Shown: positions 1-14,066, numbered from the stretch's first letter. The stretch is 64,000 bases of DNA from Octopus sinensis (GCF_006345805.1 NC_042998.1:53630001-53694000), one strand, 5' to 3'. The notes: generated from the letters alone by a model not told the origin. Numbers and translations: made by a program.

Positions 1-99
1 GAATACTGTTTTGTGATACAGTTGGTTAACATATGACTTACTAATAGCAAAGCTATATCTGTATAACTCTCCAACATTCCCCCTCTTTCTTTCTCTCTT

Positions 100-160
100 T
101 ATGTGTGTGTGTGTGTGAATAGATATACTTATGCACATACACATGGGTGAACACACACGC

Positions 161-231
<71 letters not shown>

Positions 232-312
232 ATATAAATTACACACATGCAAACATAGGCATAGATACACAGATAGACAGAAACAAGAAACAGAGAGACA
301 AGAGAGAGATGA
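100..312. repeat. Compound (TG)n/(CA)n/(TA)n/(AG)n microsatellite
   Basis: Visible dinucleotide runs; ORFs 131..337 and 147..332 are artefacts of these runs. Confidence 0.95.
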
Positions 313-794
313 CAGAGACAGAGTTAGATTAGGCTGATACAAATCTTATAGCATTTGATTACAAATTGCCTCTCTTAAATTGCTACATTCATTTTCAAAA
401 TCACATATTGCATTATACGACATGTATGTAGCAATAGAGTGAAAGATATTATCTTAGTTTTAGAGAAAAGTTTTGATAGAATATGGATTTGTATTAAATA
501 ATTAATTTATATCAAAATGTCTTAAGAGAAATTTTAATTCTATGTCTCACTGATATTTCGCTTTTGAGATATGGTTTAAAGAAAACTTGTCTATATTACT
601 GGAAATAACTTGTTTCCAACAGAAATTCCTATTCAGTGTTCATTAGAACAGGGAGTCTGAATCCTTAATTCACAACATTACAAGGCATTTTATTTTGTTT
701 ATCTCTCAACAAAATAAATAAATACCTTATTTTCAACCATACTAGTCAACATAGTATGTATACAGTATAAATATGTAGTAATGTGTGGATATGC

Positions 795-1155
795 AGGTGT
801 GGCTTTGTGGAGGTGCAGGTGTGGCTTTCTGGAGGTGCAGGCATGGCTGTTCCAGGTTCAGTCTCACTGCATGGCACCTTGGGTAAGTGTCTTCTACTAA
901 AGCCTCAGGCTGACATAAGTCTTGTGAGTGGATTTAGTAGACGGAAACTGAAAAAGCCTGTTGTATATATATGCAGATATATATGAGTGTGTGTCTTTGT
1001 GTCTGTGTTTGTCCCCCACCACCACCTGACAACTGGTGTTGGTGTGTTTATGTCCTTGTAACCGAGCAGTTCAGCAAAAGAGACCAACAAAATAAGTACA
1101 AGGCTTAAAAAATAAATCCTAGAGTCAATTTGTTTGACTGTTACCTTTCAAGGCA
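795..1155 (+). mobile_element. tRNA-derived CORE-like SINE (here family A), degenerate, with duplicated head
   Basis: ggttcagtctcactgcatggcaccttgggtaagtgtcttctact matches the copy at 2598; the motif gcaggtgtggcttt..ggaggt is tandemly repeated at the head. Confidence 0.8.
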
Positions 1156-1173
1156 ATATATATATATATATAT

Positions 1174-1253
1174 ATCCAAATTTAGGGAATGGAGTAGGTA
1201 AAATCCAGGCGACATATCTTAGATTTTACTTATTCCATTCCCTAAATTTGGAT
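1174..1253. repeat. Foldback inverted repeat, 32-bp arms
   Basis: atccaaatttagggaatggagtaggtaaaatc / gattttacttattccattccctaaatttggat with a 16-nt spacer; both mismatches are G.T on the + strand. Confidence 0.9.
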
Positions 1254-1590
1254 TTTTTTCGCATACACAGCAATCTCAGTTGCTAACCATGAACTATAAA
1301 ATTACTTTTTTTTTTTCAGTTTATCAAACTCTGATATGGGAAAAATTTACAACCTTCTATGTCAATAAACCACTATTGTGCCTGAAAATTGTATTTTATA
1401 CTTTCTACAGACTACTTGAAGCTTACTCATTTCCTATAACTGGATTCCTGGATTTTACCTTTATACATACATACATACATACATACATACATACATACTA
1501 CATACATACATACATACATACATACATACACACACACACATACATACATATATACATACATATATATATATACATATTATATATATAAAA

Positions 1591-1767
1591 TTGTAATGAC
1601 GTCAAACCAAATAGTGATATTTTAAAATCGTTTAATATATATATTTCAGGTCTGTGTAATATACAATAGGAAGTGCATCCATTACATAGGTATATTACCA
1701 CAGACCTAAACTGTACATATTAAATGACTTGAAAATATCACTATTTGTTTTGACTTCAATGTTACAA
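1591..1767. mobile_element. Palindromic MITE-like foldback element
   Basis: ~75-bp imperfect arms ttgtaatgacgtcaaaccaaatagtgatatttt... / ...aaaatatcactatttgttttgacttcaatgttacaa around a ~25-bp spacer. Confidence 0.7.
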
Positions 1768-1884
1768 CGAATATGACTTGATACCAGTACAAACAAATCT
1801 ATCCAGACTCCACCTATGCAGATAATCTTACAATGATTTGGAGTAGTTTGTTACATTTGACATGAGTCAAAGATTCTGGTGCCA

Positions 1885-2205
1885 TGCACCACTTCTTAGC
1901 ATAATACAAAGCCTTGTGAATGGATTTTTGTTGATGGAGATTGAAAGAAGCCCATTATATGAATATGTGTGGGTGGGTGTGTGTCTTTGTGTTTGTCCCC
2001 CATTACTACTTGTCAACTGATGTTGGTTTGTTTATGTCCCTGTAACTTAGCAGTTTGGCAGAAAGAGACTGATAGAATAAGTTACAGGCTTTAAAAAAAC
2101 ATAAGCGGACGTTAAACGATGATGATGATGATGATGATGATAAGTACAATTCAAGATAGTGCCCCAACATGGCTGCAGTCCAATGACAGAAACAAGTAAA
2201 TGATA
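1885..2205 (+). mobile_element. Partial family A SINE interrupted by a (GAT)n-tailed RTE-type 3' end
   Basis: Family A body and tail; gcggacgttaaacgatgatgatg at ~2105-2140 matches the 3' end at 52700-52736. Confidence 0.7.
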
Positions 2206-2597
2206 AATGATAAAATGATGATGATGCATACCACACTGAACACACTGCAAATGTAGGCACATGTACAAATACCCTCACACATGCCACATACAAATCTCAC
2301 TTTCCTAAACACATGCACATTCATAAACATACTGTTACACAATCATGCATATATTCATGCTTCCAAGACAGCTGATATCAATTGTTTCTTCTTTTTACTG
2401 TTTTCTTCTTTTGTGCTTTTTAGTTTACCATTTTTTTCTTTCATTTATGTCTTTTTGTCAACACTACAGGAATTATTTGGATTATCAGATTAAGTGTCTA
2501 AATGTCTGAGACAGATTGTTTTTAATAAAAATATAATTTGTTGGACTATTAATATTTATATTGATACTCTTTAGTTGAAATTGTCCAGCAGGAAATA

Positions 2598-2768
2598 GGC
2601 GCAGGAGTGGCTGTGTGGTAAGTAGCTTGCTTACCATCCACATGGTTCTGGGTTCATTCCCACTGCATGGCACCTTGAGCAAGTGTCTTCTACTATAGCC
2701 TCAGGCCAACCAAAGACTTGTGAGTGGATTTGGTAGACAGACACTGAAAGAAGCCCGTCGTATATATG

Positions 2769-2819
<51 letters not shown>

Positions 2820-2838
2820 ATAATTATATATATATATG

Positions 2839-2879
<41 letters not shown>

Positions 2880-3071
2880 TTGTGTGTCTGTGTTTGTCCC
2901 CCCAACATCGTTTGACAACCGAAGCTGGTGTGTTTACGTCCCCGTAACTTAGTGGTTTGGCAAAAGTGGCCGATAGAATAAGTACTGGGGTTGATTTGCT
3001 CAACTAAAGTCGGTGCTCCAGCATGGCCGCAGTCAAATGACTGAAACAAGTAAAAGAGTAAAATAAAAAGA
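2598..3071 (+). mobile_element. Full-length family A SINE with internal (TA)n(TG)n
   Basis: A-box-like tggctgtgtggt, B-box-like gggttcattccc, CORE-like gcaccttgagcaagtgtcttc, tail gtcaaatgactgaaacaagtaaaagag; many other copies in the window. Confidence 0.9.
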
Positions 3072-3382
3072 GTAGAACACATTAGTTTTAACTGGATGTG
3101 TATATATATATAATGAGTTCTAAACTACATCCTAAACCCATCACGGGCAATTTGTGATTTGCAGGCTGCATATGACACTTTCTGAAAAGCATACTTAACA
3201 AAAAGATTAACCTTGAAATTTATTAGTGGTGCAGTCCACCTGATGTTGAGCTATGTCTCATGTGGTCTGCTTTTCCAAAAATGGTTGCCCTTGCCTAGTC
3301 AAAACAATGGGCAATACCATTCTTATTTATTAGACGTTTTCTGTTTTTAATCTTATTTTGGCACTCTGTCAGTTATGACAGT

Positions 3383-3680
3383 GAGTGTTCCAGTTGATCT
3401 GATCAACAGAACAGCTTGCTCATGAAATTAACGTGTAAGTGGCTGAGTACTCCACAGACACAACACGCATACCCTTAATGTAATTCTCTTTATGACACAG
3501 AATGTGACAAGGTTGGTGCCCTTTGAAATACAACCACTACTCATTTTTGCCAGCTGAGTGGACTGGAGCAACATAAAATAAAGTGTCTCCCTCAAGGACA
3601 CAACATGAGGACAGGAATCAAACTCAGGACCTTATGATCATGAGCCTAATACCATAACCATCTAAGCTACAAGTCTTCAC
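3383..3680 (-). mobile_element. tRNA-derived SINE (family D)
   Basis: ttgccagctgagtggactggagcaac...gtgtctccctcaaggacacaac is shared with the copies at 36560 and 38040. Confidence 0.8.
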
Positions 3681-5009
3681 TCATAGTCAAATGGTTAATA
3701 ATGACATTATCCTTAGTCTTGAGTTTCTAAACCAAATTTTAGTTACTAAAGGTTTTTGGTCTGGATCCAATCTTATGTTGATCTAGTACATATGTGAATA
3801 TAAAAAAATATTTCATTTCTAAATACAAGTTTAACAGTAAAAATATTTATTCTAATTGAACAAGCAGCTCTATTGTCAAATTATTTGGATTGGTTATACT
3901 AGAAAATCTAGATACTTAAATTAATTCATGAAATCTTAGTTTTAAAACAATATTACATTTCTCACATCAAATATCTATAAACTGCCACTAGAACTTGTTT
4001 ATTTCCTGTGCTTATTTTTTGTTTTTCACAAACACTTAGCAAATGTTTTTATAGAGTTTCTTATTGTCATTTTTCTAATTCCACAAACGTACATACACAC
4101 ACACACACACACACAAACACCCACATATATTTAGCACCACATACAAGATATCAAACAGAATATTCAGACAGAAATTTCTTTCCTTTTTTTTTAGAAAAAA
4201 AAAAGATTTTTTTTTCACCTTTTATCACCTAATTCAAAACATCTTAAACCAGTTAGCTAGAGATTTTAAAACCTTGAATAATAGGTGAGTATTAACTGGA
4301 ATCTTTTAACATCCAAAGTGTGAAGCAGACCAACAACATTTCATTTGCAATATTGATAAAAAAAAATGAATGAATGCAAATAACCAACAAAGCATTGATT
4401 ATTTTCAGAAGATGCACAATCTGCAAAATTTAATTACATTCTGTATTTCCTTATTGATTCTATCTGAATTTACAGTGAAGAATATGGTATGTGAAGGTTC
4501 AGTGAAACATAAAAAAAAAAAATAATGAACACAAATGTTATTCCTGTCTTTATTTTATTTTATTGAGGGTTTTTTTCTGTTATTTTTCTATTTAGTTATT
4601 TTTGTTTCGATGTATTTTGTATTTTATTTTTTTAGTTTTGTAATTTTAAGCAGTCCTATAATTGAGGGCATATAGTTCAATATCTCTACCTACAACAAAC
4701 AACTTCATATTGTTTTATATTGTTTTATACTTGTGATTGTAGATTAGCAAAATTGGTAGAGCCTCTGGTATAAAAAAATACCTTGTGTTGGTTAAATACA
4801 TCCAATTCTGTTCTGAATTCAAATCTCTAATAAAAATCAGATGATATTCCTGTGACTAAATCTGTGACATCTATTTTATCAGCAATGTCTGTTGTTTTCA
4901 TCACTGGTCTACTGTCTCTGAGAACAGTAGTGTTGTCATTTCAAGGTTCTTAAACATGTCACTATACTTTTGTGTGTGTGTGTAGTGTGTCCATGTTACA
5001 GAAGGATTA

Positions 5010-5312
5010 AAAGACGGACAAAGACCTCCTTTGGTCATGAACGACCATGGGATTGCACCTAGAAAGCTACCCTCTGAGGCACAAGTCCAGGCAAGGTTGT
5101 TTATGGAAGACCAGCCATCACCCATGCATACCAGCCTCTCCTCTCCATACCACTGATGTTTCCCAAAGGAAAAAGCAAAAGCTGTAACAGCTGAGCTATG
5201 TGAAATAAAGTGTCTTGCTCAGGAACACAATGCACACCATGGTCTAGAAACTGAACTCGCTACCTCATGAATGTAAGCCAGATGTTCTAACCACTGAGCC
5301 ATGTGCCTTCAC
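5010..5312 (-). mobile_element. tRNA-derived SINE (family C)
   Basis: ccatgggattgcacctagaaag...ggttgtttatggaagaccagc is shared with 7776, 52797 and 61705. Confidence 0.85.
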
Positions 5313-5889
5313 AAAGTGACATCACAAATGCAGTGATTTGTCCAATACTGTATTATTGAAAATCTTTCTCAAAATATTGAATTATGGACTTCTCAGAATT
5401 TCTGAAAGCTTATGAGGAACTATGATATTTTTGTTTGTTAATGTCTCTTACATCATAGACAAGAAAATCTTGTAAATTTTTTGTTGAATATTCTGAAGAT
5501 TTAGGAGGTTGTTTGAGAAAAGAGAATTTCTGAAATTTAATGTAATTTATGAAATTACTATACTGCTTGTGCTTGTTTTGTTTATTTCATATGGCAAATG
5601 GGGGACAATATGATCTAAACATGTTTGTCATGGCTTTATTTCTGACAGCTTCTGCTATAAGCGGGTGGCTGCATTTCATTGTAGAGTAAATATCTCAAGG
5701 AACTTCTTCCATAAATCATTAGTTTTATCACTTACTTGATGGTTTATATATTTTTCTGATGATATTCAAACACACACAGATACACATAGACCCCTCCACA
5801 CAGACACACACAAAATGGGTCTTCTTACGGTTATGTCTACCAAATTTTATTTGCAATGTTTTGAATATACATATATGCATATGTATATT

Positions 5890-6121
5890 TATTTCTTTAC
5901 TACCCACAAGGGGCTAAATATAGAGTGGACAAACAAGGACAGACAAAGGGATTAAGTCGATTACATCGACCCCAGTGCGTAACTGGTACTTAATTTATCA
6001 ACCCCGAAAGGATGAAAGACAAAGTCAACCTCGGTGAAATTTGAACTCAGAACGTAACGGCAGATGAAATACGGCTATGCATTTCGTCCGGCATGCTAAC
6101 GTTTCTATCAGCTCACCACCT
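5890..6121 (-). mobile_element. tRNA-derived SINE (family B)
   Basis: Reverse complement of ggcgagctggcagaaacgttagc...gagttcaaatt...gtgggtagtaaagaaata seen at 30471, 31738 and 44146. Confidence 0.9.
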
Positions 6122-6772
6122 TGTGTATATATGCATATGCATATATGTATAAATGTAGGCACGTGCATGTATATTTGTGTGTATGTGTTTGTGTCTCATT
6201 GCCTTGACTTCATGTAACAGTTGTAAACAAGTGCCACCTTCATACAAGCAGTATCCTTTGTTTCAAGTTTTCAGTGAAAACATGTCCAGCCAGGAGAGAT
6301 ATTATCTCACTTGGTAATAGGTGAGAGTTGGTGATGGGGAAAGTGTCTGGCCATAGAATGCAAGCATGGAAGAGTGTACATTAAAATGATGATGATCCAT
6401 CTATTTATCTCTCTCTCTCTTTATATATATATATATTATGAGTAAAAGATAAAAGATTATATCTTGTCATTACACCAATAATAATAAATATATGCATTGG
6501 TTCAATACCACTTCTGTATTTTTTTTTTGTTAATTGGTTAAATATCTAACCAACTAATTAATTGATTGTTTGTTCAATTGTTTAATGTGATGATTCAACA
6601 ATTAATTGGTTGTTTGTCAAAGTGCTTTTGTTGTTATTTCCCACCTCTTCAGTGACATAACCTCTCTAGACATGGTAAGATTTATTTCAACAAACAATCT
6701 CACATCTAGAATCTTGCAAACCAAAATACAAAACCCAAATGTGTGTGTGCGTGTGTGTGTGTGTGTGTGTGT

Positions 6773-7295
<523 letters not shown>

Positions 7296-7318
7296 ATATA
7301 AAGGAAAAGTTTGACAGA

Positions 7319-7391
7319 GACATTGATGATTTAGCTTGCTTGCTTTTATCAAAGTATCTGATAAAGGCAAGCAAGCTAAAATTTCAAAGTC
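7319..7391 (+). other. Pre-miRNA-like hairpin (22-bp stem plus lower stem)
   Basis: tttagcttgcttgcttttatca (7330-7351) / tgataaaggcaagcaagctaaa (7359-7380), 7-nt loop. The hairpin is certain; function is unproven. Confidence 0.45.
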
Positions 7392-7775
7392 ACTATCAAA
7401 TTTTTTCTTGTAAAATTAATATTTACCTTACTAAAAAGTATTAAGTAATCTTTTAAACTAATATTTAAAGTTTAGGCATGAGGCCAGAAGTTTTCAAGGG
7501 AGTGGATTAGTCAATTATTTTAGCCCAATACTTTACTGGTATTTAACTACTGTATTTTCTGGTTAATAAAACACATTGGTATTTAATCCACAGGGCCGAA
7601 TTTGGGGGTAAACTTTGGTTTTATCCACACATAAAGTACACCGGTTTTTTAAAAACCTATGGAACTGTGGATCCACAGCTAGTTTTTTGTTGTTGACGTG
7701 TATGTAGTTTCAAAATGCCTCATTTAAAAACTATGAGATGTATTGCTATTGTTAGGATTTTTATCTTACTATGCT

Positions 7776-8101
7776 GAGACCCCCTTCGGTCATGACTCGC
7801 CATGGGATTCCACCTAGAAAGTTACCCTCCCAGGCAGAAGTCCGGGCAAGGTTGTTTATGGAAGACCAGCAGTCACCCATGCATACTGGCCTCCTCTCTC
7901 CATGCCACCAGTGTTGTCCAAGGGAAAGCAGAGGCTGATACAGCTTGGCATCTGTGATGTCGCAACTCATTTCTACAGCTGAATGAAGTGGAGCAACGTG
8001 AAATGAAGTGTCTTGCTCAAGAATGCAACATGCAGCCCGGTCCAGGATTCAAACTCAAAACCTCACGATTGTAAGCTCGACGCTCTAACCACTGAGCCAT
8101 G
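7776..8101 (-). mobile_element. Family C SINE, near full length
   Basis: Minus strand begins atggctcagtggttagagcgtcgagc...gagtttgaatcc, i.e. tRNA-like A and B boxes. Confidence 0.9.
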
Positions 8102-8354
8102 ATTATCTTACTATAATCAACAATAAACACATCTTGTCAATATTAGTGTGTGTGAGTGTGCATATGCATCTATGCATGTGTGTACACATGCACACTCGTG
8201 TGTGTATACATGTTTGTGTGTCTATGTGTGTGTACATGTGTGCTTTCGTGTGTGTGCATATGTGTGCACACACAGATGTCTGAATGTACATCTAAGCATA
8301 CATACACACTCATAAGTATTGATGCATACACGCAGATATATGGGGATATACATG

Positions 8355-8408
<54 letters not shown>

Positions 8409-8869
8409 CATGTATATATATATACATATATATATATACATATATATATATTTGTAAAAAATGAAGTTCGAAAATGCTGCTGTATTATACAATTTTTAAT
8501 TTTTATATATACATTATAACATGTTTCAGTTCCTGAAATGAACCTTATCAAAAAAAGTTATATATAAAAAAAGACAGCTCATGCCGTCAAACACAAGAAA
8601 TTCATTTATAATACACAACGGAGTCAGACATCTTAGAGTTCATGTATAGTTGATATATAGTTCATGTATAGTTGATATATAGTTTGAAGTATATGTTCAA
8701 AGTGTTCGATGCAGTGGCCCACGGTGGCGATACGTATTCAATACGAAAAACAGATCAAAGTGGTGGAAAGCGGTCAATACAGAAGATTGATGTTTCCGAA
8801 AGAGCGAGGAATTCATTTTTACCTTAAGCAATTGTGATGACCCATGGTGGAAGTTCGCTGGGTGGTTCT

Positions 8870-9172
8870 CATATATATATACATATATACATATACATAT
8901 ATATATACATATATACATATACATATATATATACATATACACATATATATATATATATACACATATATATATACATATACACATATATATATACATATAT
9001 ATATATACATACATATATATATATACATATATATATTACATATATATATACATATACATATATATATATACATACATATATATATACATATACATATACA
9101 TATATACATATACATATATACATATACATATATATACATATATATATACATATATATAAAAATATATATATA
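8870..9172. repeat. (TA)n/(TACA)n compound microsatellite
   Basis: Visible; explains ORFs 8834..9355, 8844..9218 and similar. Confidence 0.95.
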
Positions 9173-9179
9173 TACAGCA

Positions 9180-9337
9180 CGCTTCTTTCAGTTTCCGTCT
9201 ACCAAATTCACTTACTAGGCTTTGGTCAGCCTGAAGCTATAGTAGAGGACACCTGCTCAAGGTGCCACACAGAGGAACTGAACCTAGAATCATATAGCTG
9301 GGAAACAAGCTTCTTACCACACAGTCATACCTGCACC
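9180..9337 (-). mobile_element. Family A SINE, 5' half
   Basis: Reverse complement of the head and CORE-like region of 2598. Confidence 0.8.
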
Positions 9338-9989
9338 TACTTTTGTGGCATTTGAACTCAAAATGTAAAGAGCTATAACACATACTGCCAGACATTTTGT
9401 CCAATACTCTAATGATTTTGCTTATCCACTTTCCTCACCCAAGGAACAATTAATGACAGCTATGCTATGTTATTGTCAACTTTATATATAGAATGAAACT
9501 TTAAAACATTAGTACTGCAACAGGAAAAGAAAAAAGCAGCCAACCAGCTGAGTAAGTTTAATTTGCAATCTTTGCAATAATCTATGGCATCTTTCCTATA
9601 TAAAAGATTGCCAACAGATATGGAATTATATTAAGATACAAATTGTCTCTGACAAATAAAAAAAGAAAGGAAGAATAAAAAGAAGAAAACAAGCTGAAAT
9701 TTTATCATAAAATTTAGATGAAATATTTGATTATTGATGAAGAAATTTTAAGATATTTACTTTATCCAATCACACAAAACTTGTTTCTCTGTTGATTAGA
9801 AATAATCTTTTGGTTTTATAGACTTTTTTCAATTTTTCAATATTGAACTAATATTTACTTCTTTTATTTACATTTTTAAAATTTCATTTATTGTTCCAAT
9901 TTTTCTCAGTGCCTTTAGGTATTCAAAATAATTAATGTTATATATGAATTAAACATAGATATACACAATACTTATAAATACACACTTAC

Positions 9990-10210
9990 AAACACGTGTC
10001 TATAAATAAATTAATGGATATTGCGATGGGATTCCTTACACCTGGAGATAGATATCTGTCAAAGTGTTTAACATAAGATGAACTGTTGACGTTTGCAGTA
10101 CATGAGCTCTTAATCAAGTCAAAGGTCTTGAACCAATGGCAAAATAAATCAAGCAAAACCAAAGGAAACTGATCTGAGATCAAGTATTGGGGAAGATTAT
10201 GTTTAGAATC
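9990..10210 (-). CDS. Candidate exon of an unidentified host gene
   Basis: Open non-repetitive frame DSKHNLPQYLISDQFPLVLLDLFCHWFKTFDLIKSSC...NLFIDTC ends at a perfect GTAAGT donor (the track's stop at 9986 lies inside it). Acceptor ambiguous (10210 or 10173); no homology recognised. Confidence 0.3.
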
Positions 10211-11586
10211 CTATCTTTTCAAGACCCAAAAGAGGATTTGAACTTAAGGCAGAAAACATATAAATCACTTGTTCACTCATTAATTTCACAGTGTTTGCTC
10301 AATTTATGACCGCAGGTTATACCAACATGGAAACTCCTATATGTAGCTCAATGGACTGATCCAATTGAGGGCTAAAATTCTTAACAATGGCAGTAACAAG
10401 ATAATATGAACCACTGAGCTCTTGGCTGGTTGTCAGATAAACTTTTGACTGAAGTCATTGAAAGAACCTCATGATCGTTTGACCTAGAAATACCAAACCA
10501 AATCCCTTCGAAACCATATTCTTCCTCCTTAAAGAAAGAAAGGATGTAATGAATAATGTACTCTTAGATGTACAATGCTTGAGAAAACGTGGTGGGTCGA
10601 TATGGTTGACTTTTTGACCATAGGTCAGAACTGACCTTGTTTCTCATCTAACTGTGCCTTTTGCATGTCCATACACATGTATATAGTGATATATGTGTAT
10701 ATATGTGGGTGGGTGTGGGTGGATATGTATGGGTATATATCATCATCATCATCCTTTAACATCCATTTTCCATGCTGGTATGGGTTGGATGGATTGACCA
10801 GAGCTGGCAAGCAGGAGAGCTGCACTCACTGTATATGTGTGTGTATACATGTGTATATATTTAATCTTTTAAATTATGATTTTTGTATCTTGATCATACC
10901 TTGCAGTTCATTTGGAATAATAAGGTACCCAAATTCATTTTTATTAACATTTCCTGACTACCTCAGCCCATCTTCAGGATGTGGAATAGTGTTGGCTTCT
11001 GTACTGTTACTTTTGTAGTGGGCATCAACTTTAAGATTTTATAAACAGATTACTGTTTATGTAGACATTACAGCCATTAGTATGTTAGATACACACACAA
11101 AATACACACACATATATATATATACATGTGTGTGTGTGTATTAACATGAAAATACACTTAAATTTCTTTAGTTTTCTTTCATTTTCCCCACTGGTTTCAT
11201 CACATTTATGATAATTATGAGTAAATCAAAGTGAATAACTATCTATACTTATTTGTTTCCAAACTGTATTTATGTTAACATCAACTGATGTTGTACAGCA
11301 AATTTTATTTAGATTCAGTCTGAATTTCTTAATAAATATACTTCTTTTTGTTGTTCTTTGAAAATATTAGTTCAATTGGAAAACTATAAAGGATCAATAA
11401 GATTTATATGTTGTTAACCATTAACAAAACATACAGTAATTTATGTGACTGTACTGAAACCTTGGTTAAATCTTTTATCTTTTTTCTTTGACTTGTTTGA
11501 GTCATTGGAAAGTGGTCATACTGGAGCACTGCTTTAAAGAAGTTTTAGCCAAATGAATCAACTCCAGCACCTTTTGCTTTTTTTCT

Positions 11587-12130
11587 ATTGGGTTGTCTGG
11601 AAAGTTCTTGCCAATTTATAGTAGCTTACCATTCGACTTATTTTAGAACATGGTTGAGTCCATAAAATAGGATTTGACTACACCTCCATTTAGAGCATAG
11701 TTTAAGCTATTTTTTTGTGGAAGAAGGTTTATGTTCCTATAACCTGTGTTAATTCTGTAACCCTTTAAAATGGAAGATAAGAAAGTTCATTTTCGGCACT
11801 TGATGCTTTAGTAACCAGACAAAAATTGCTGCAGCTTGGCTGGGATGTGTTACCCCACCCTCCATATTCACCAGATGCTACTCCTTCGGATTTCCACTAA
11901 TTCAGGTCTCTGCAGAATAGTCTTAATGGTAAAAATTTCAATTCCTTGGATGATGTAAAAAGATTGTTGATGAATTCTTTGCCATGAAACCATCAACTCT
12001 GGGAAGAGGGTATTTTCAAGTTAAAGGAAAGATGGAGACACATTGTGCAACAAAATGGTTCATATTTGGTTGAATAAAAATGTAATGGCAAGTATTTATT
12101 GAGCTTTTTCTTTTCTTTAAAAATCGGCTT
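11587..12130 (+). mobile_element. Decayed mariner transposon fragment
   Basis: LGWDVLPHPPYSPDATPSDFH*FRSLQNSLNGKNFNSLDDVK at ~11835-11965 is the mariner C-terminal YSPD motif; TIR-like tattgggttgtctggaaag at 11587. Confidence 0.85.
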
Positions 12131-12294
12131 TTTTTTTTGCAAAGCCTGGTACTTATTCTATTGGTCTCTTTTGCCGAACCACTAAATTACAGGGACGTAA
12201 ACACACTAACGTTTGTTGTCGAGTGGTGATGTTGGGACAAACACAGACACAAAGACACACACACATATATGTATATATATATTTATATAATATG

Positions 12295-14066
12295 CAATAC
12301 ATAACAAAGATGTTGAAATCAAGCACTGACTGTGCCTGGAACCGTTTTTGAAGTGAGGAAATGTCTGGCACAGGGCCTGTCTCATTCTCTGCCCTCACTA
12401 TTACTTCTAGTACACTTCACTTCCTCAATGCCCACTCAATGACCTTCCTTGGAACCCTATCAAATTCCTTCTCTAGATCAACGAAGCACATGTACCACTC
12501 CTTATGTCAGCATTTCTCTTGCAATCTCCTTACAATGAACACTGCATCTATTGTCCCCTTTCCTGGCATAAAACCAAATTGCATCTCGTCCACATTCATC
12601 CTTTTTCTGAATTCTCCTCTCCAACACCCTTTCCACTATTTAGTGCCCAATCATCTGGCATTCCTCTTCCATCCAGCACACCCTGACAGAACTCCATCAT
12701 CACAAAAATCCCTATCTCTCCACTTGCAGTTATCATGTCCACACTTACTTCTGATGGACCAGCTGCCTTTCCTGTTTACATTTCTTCCATTCCCTTCACT
12801 ACTTCTTCCCGACTAACCCTCTCCACCAACCCCTTCACCACAGCAACTCTTCCCCTGTCTTTCCCACTAAAATTCAACCTTCCATCACTGCCCCTCATGC
12901 ATCTTCCTCCCTCGGCATCTTTTCCATCTTTTATCATTGATTTAATAAGCCTAAACACTATCTGGGTTCTCATCCAGCCCACTCAACCTCTCCTCAGCTT
13001 CCTTCCTCATAGATCTTGCAACCATCCACTTTGCATGATTCTTCCTGTTATTATACTTGGCTTTCATTTGCTCAGTCTTATTACATAAAGCTTTGTGTGC
13101 TTCCTTCTTCCTTACCTCCTCATTCCACCACTACTTACCTCCTTGACCTCTCCTACCTTTCATCCTTCCACAGATTTCGTTACATGCCTTTAGTACCCCT
13201 TCCTTAAAAGACTTCCACAAATCCGGTACATCAATGCTTACTAACTCCTCAAACCTTACTCTTGTTTCTTCTTCCTTCAGTTTCCAAACCTTTCTCCTCT
13301 TAACCGTTCCATTTCTCACACACTTTTTTTACTTTCCTCTTATCCAAGTCAGCAACCACCAACCTGTGCTGCAACTCCCCTGGTACTGTCTTCCCAACTC
13401 TCAGATACTTTCTATTTTTCCTGCCAAACAACATGAAATCAATCTCTGTCTCATTCCCTCCTGCACTGAAAGTCACCTTCCTTTTCTCTGTTTTCTTAAA
13501 CCACGTGTTCACCACACACAACTCTTTCTCATCACAAAACTCCAACCGCATCCTTCCTTCCACATTTCTCTCCCCAATTCCATTTCCCCCATGTACAGCC
13601 TCAAATCTCTGGATCCATTTCCCAACATGTCCATTAAAATCACCTGTGTCCAAAACCAATTCACCGACCTTATGTAAGTTGCACTCATCAAAGAACCGCT
13701 CTTCCTCGGTGATCCCTCTTCCATTTTGTGGACCATGCCCACAAATCACCCTCACCACTTCTTCTTCAAATACTAATGCTACTGTCACCACTCTGTCACT
13801 CTTTCTCCTGACCTCCACCACCTTCTCACAGATTTCTTCCTTCACCAAAATTCTCACACCTCCAGTCCACTTGCTATTTGCCAACCACTAAAAATTGTAC
13901 CTTCTTCCCTTGACGCCCACAAATCTTGCCCCTTGGCCCCCTCCACCTAGCCTCCAGCACATAGCACACATCCACCCTCCTCTTCCTCAATTCCTCACAT
14001 ACCTCAGTTCCCCTTCCACGCAGACCGCCCACATTCTAACTTCCCAACTTCACCCCAAGCTTCTCC
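12295..14066 (-). mobile_element. RTE-clade LINE, 5' part (AP endonuclease plus RT N-terminal part), pseudogenised
   Basis: ORF 13300..13884 has GDFNGHVG, GIGERNVEG, NTWFKK and EIDFML endonuclease motifs; downstream QFGFMPGKGTIDAVF...FVDLEKEFDRVPR RT motifs; stops and deletions. Confidence 0.92.

Noticed and set aside
10940-10985. Minus-strand CTGAAGA..ctga/tcag GAAA tgtt
   Set aside because: Four-base insertion before stem II and no stem I partner.
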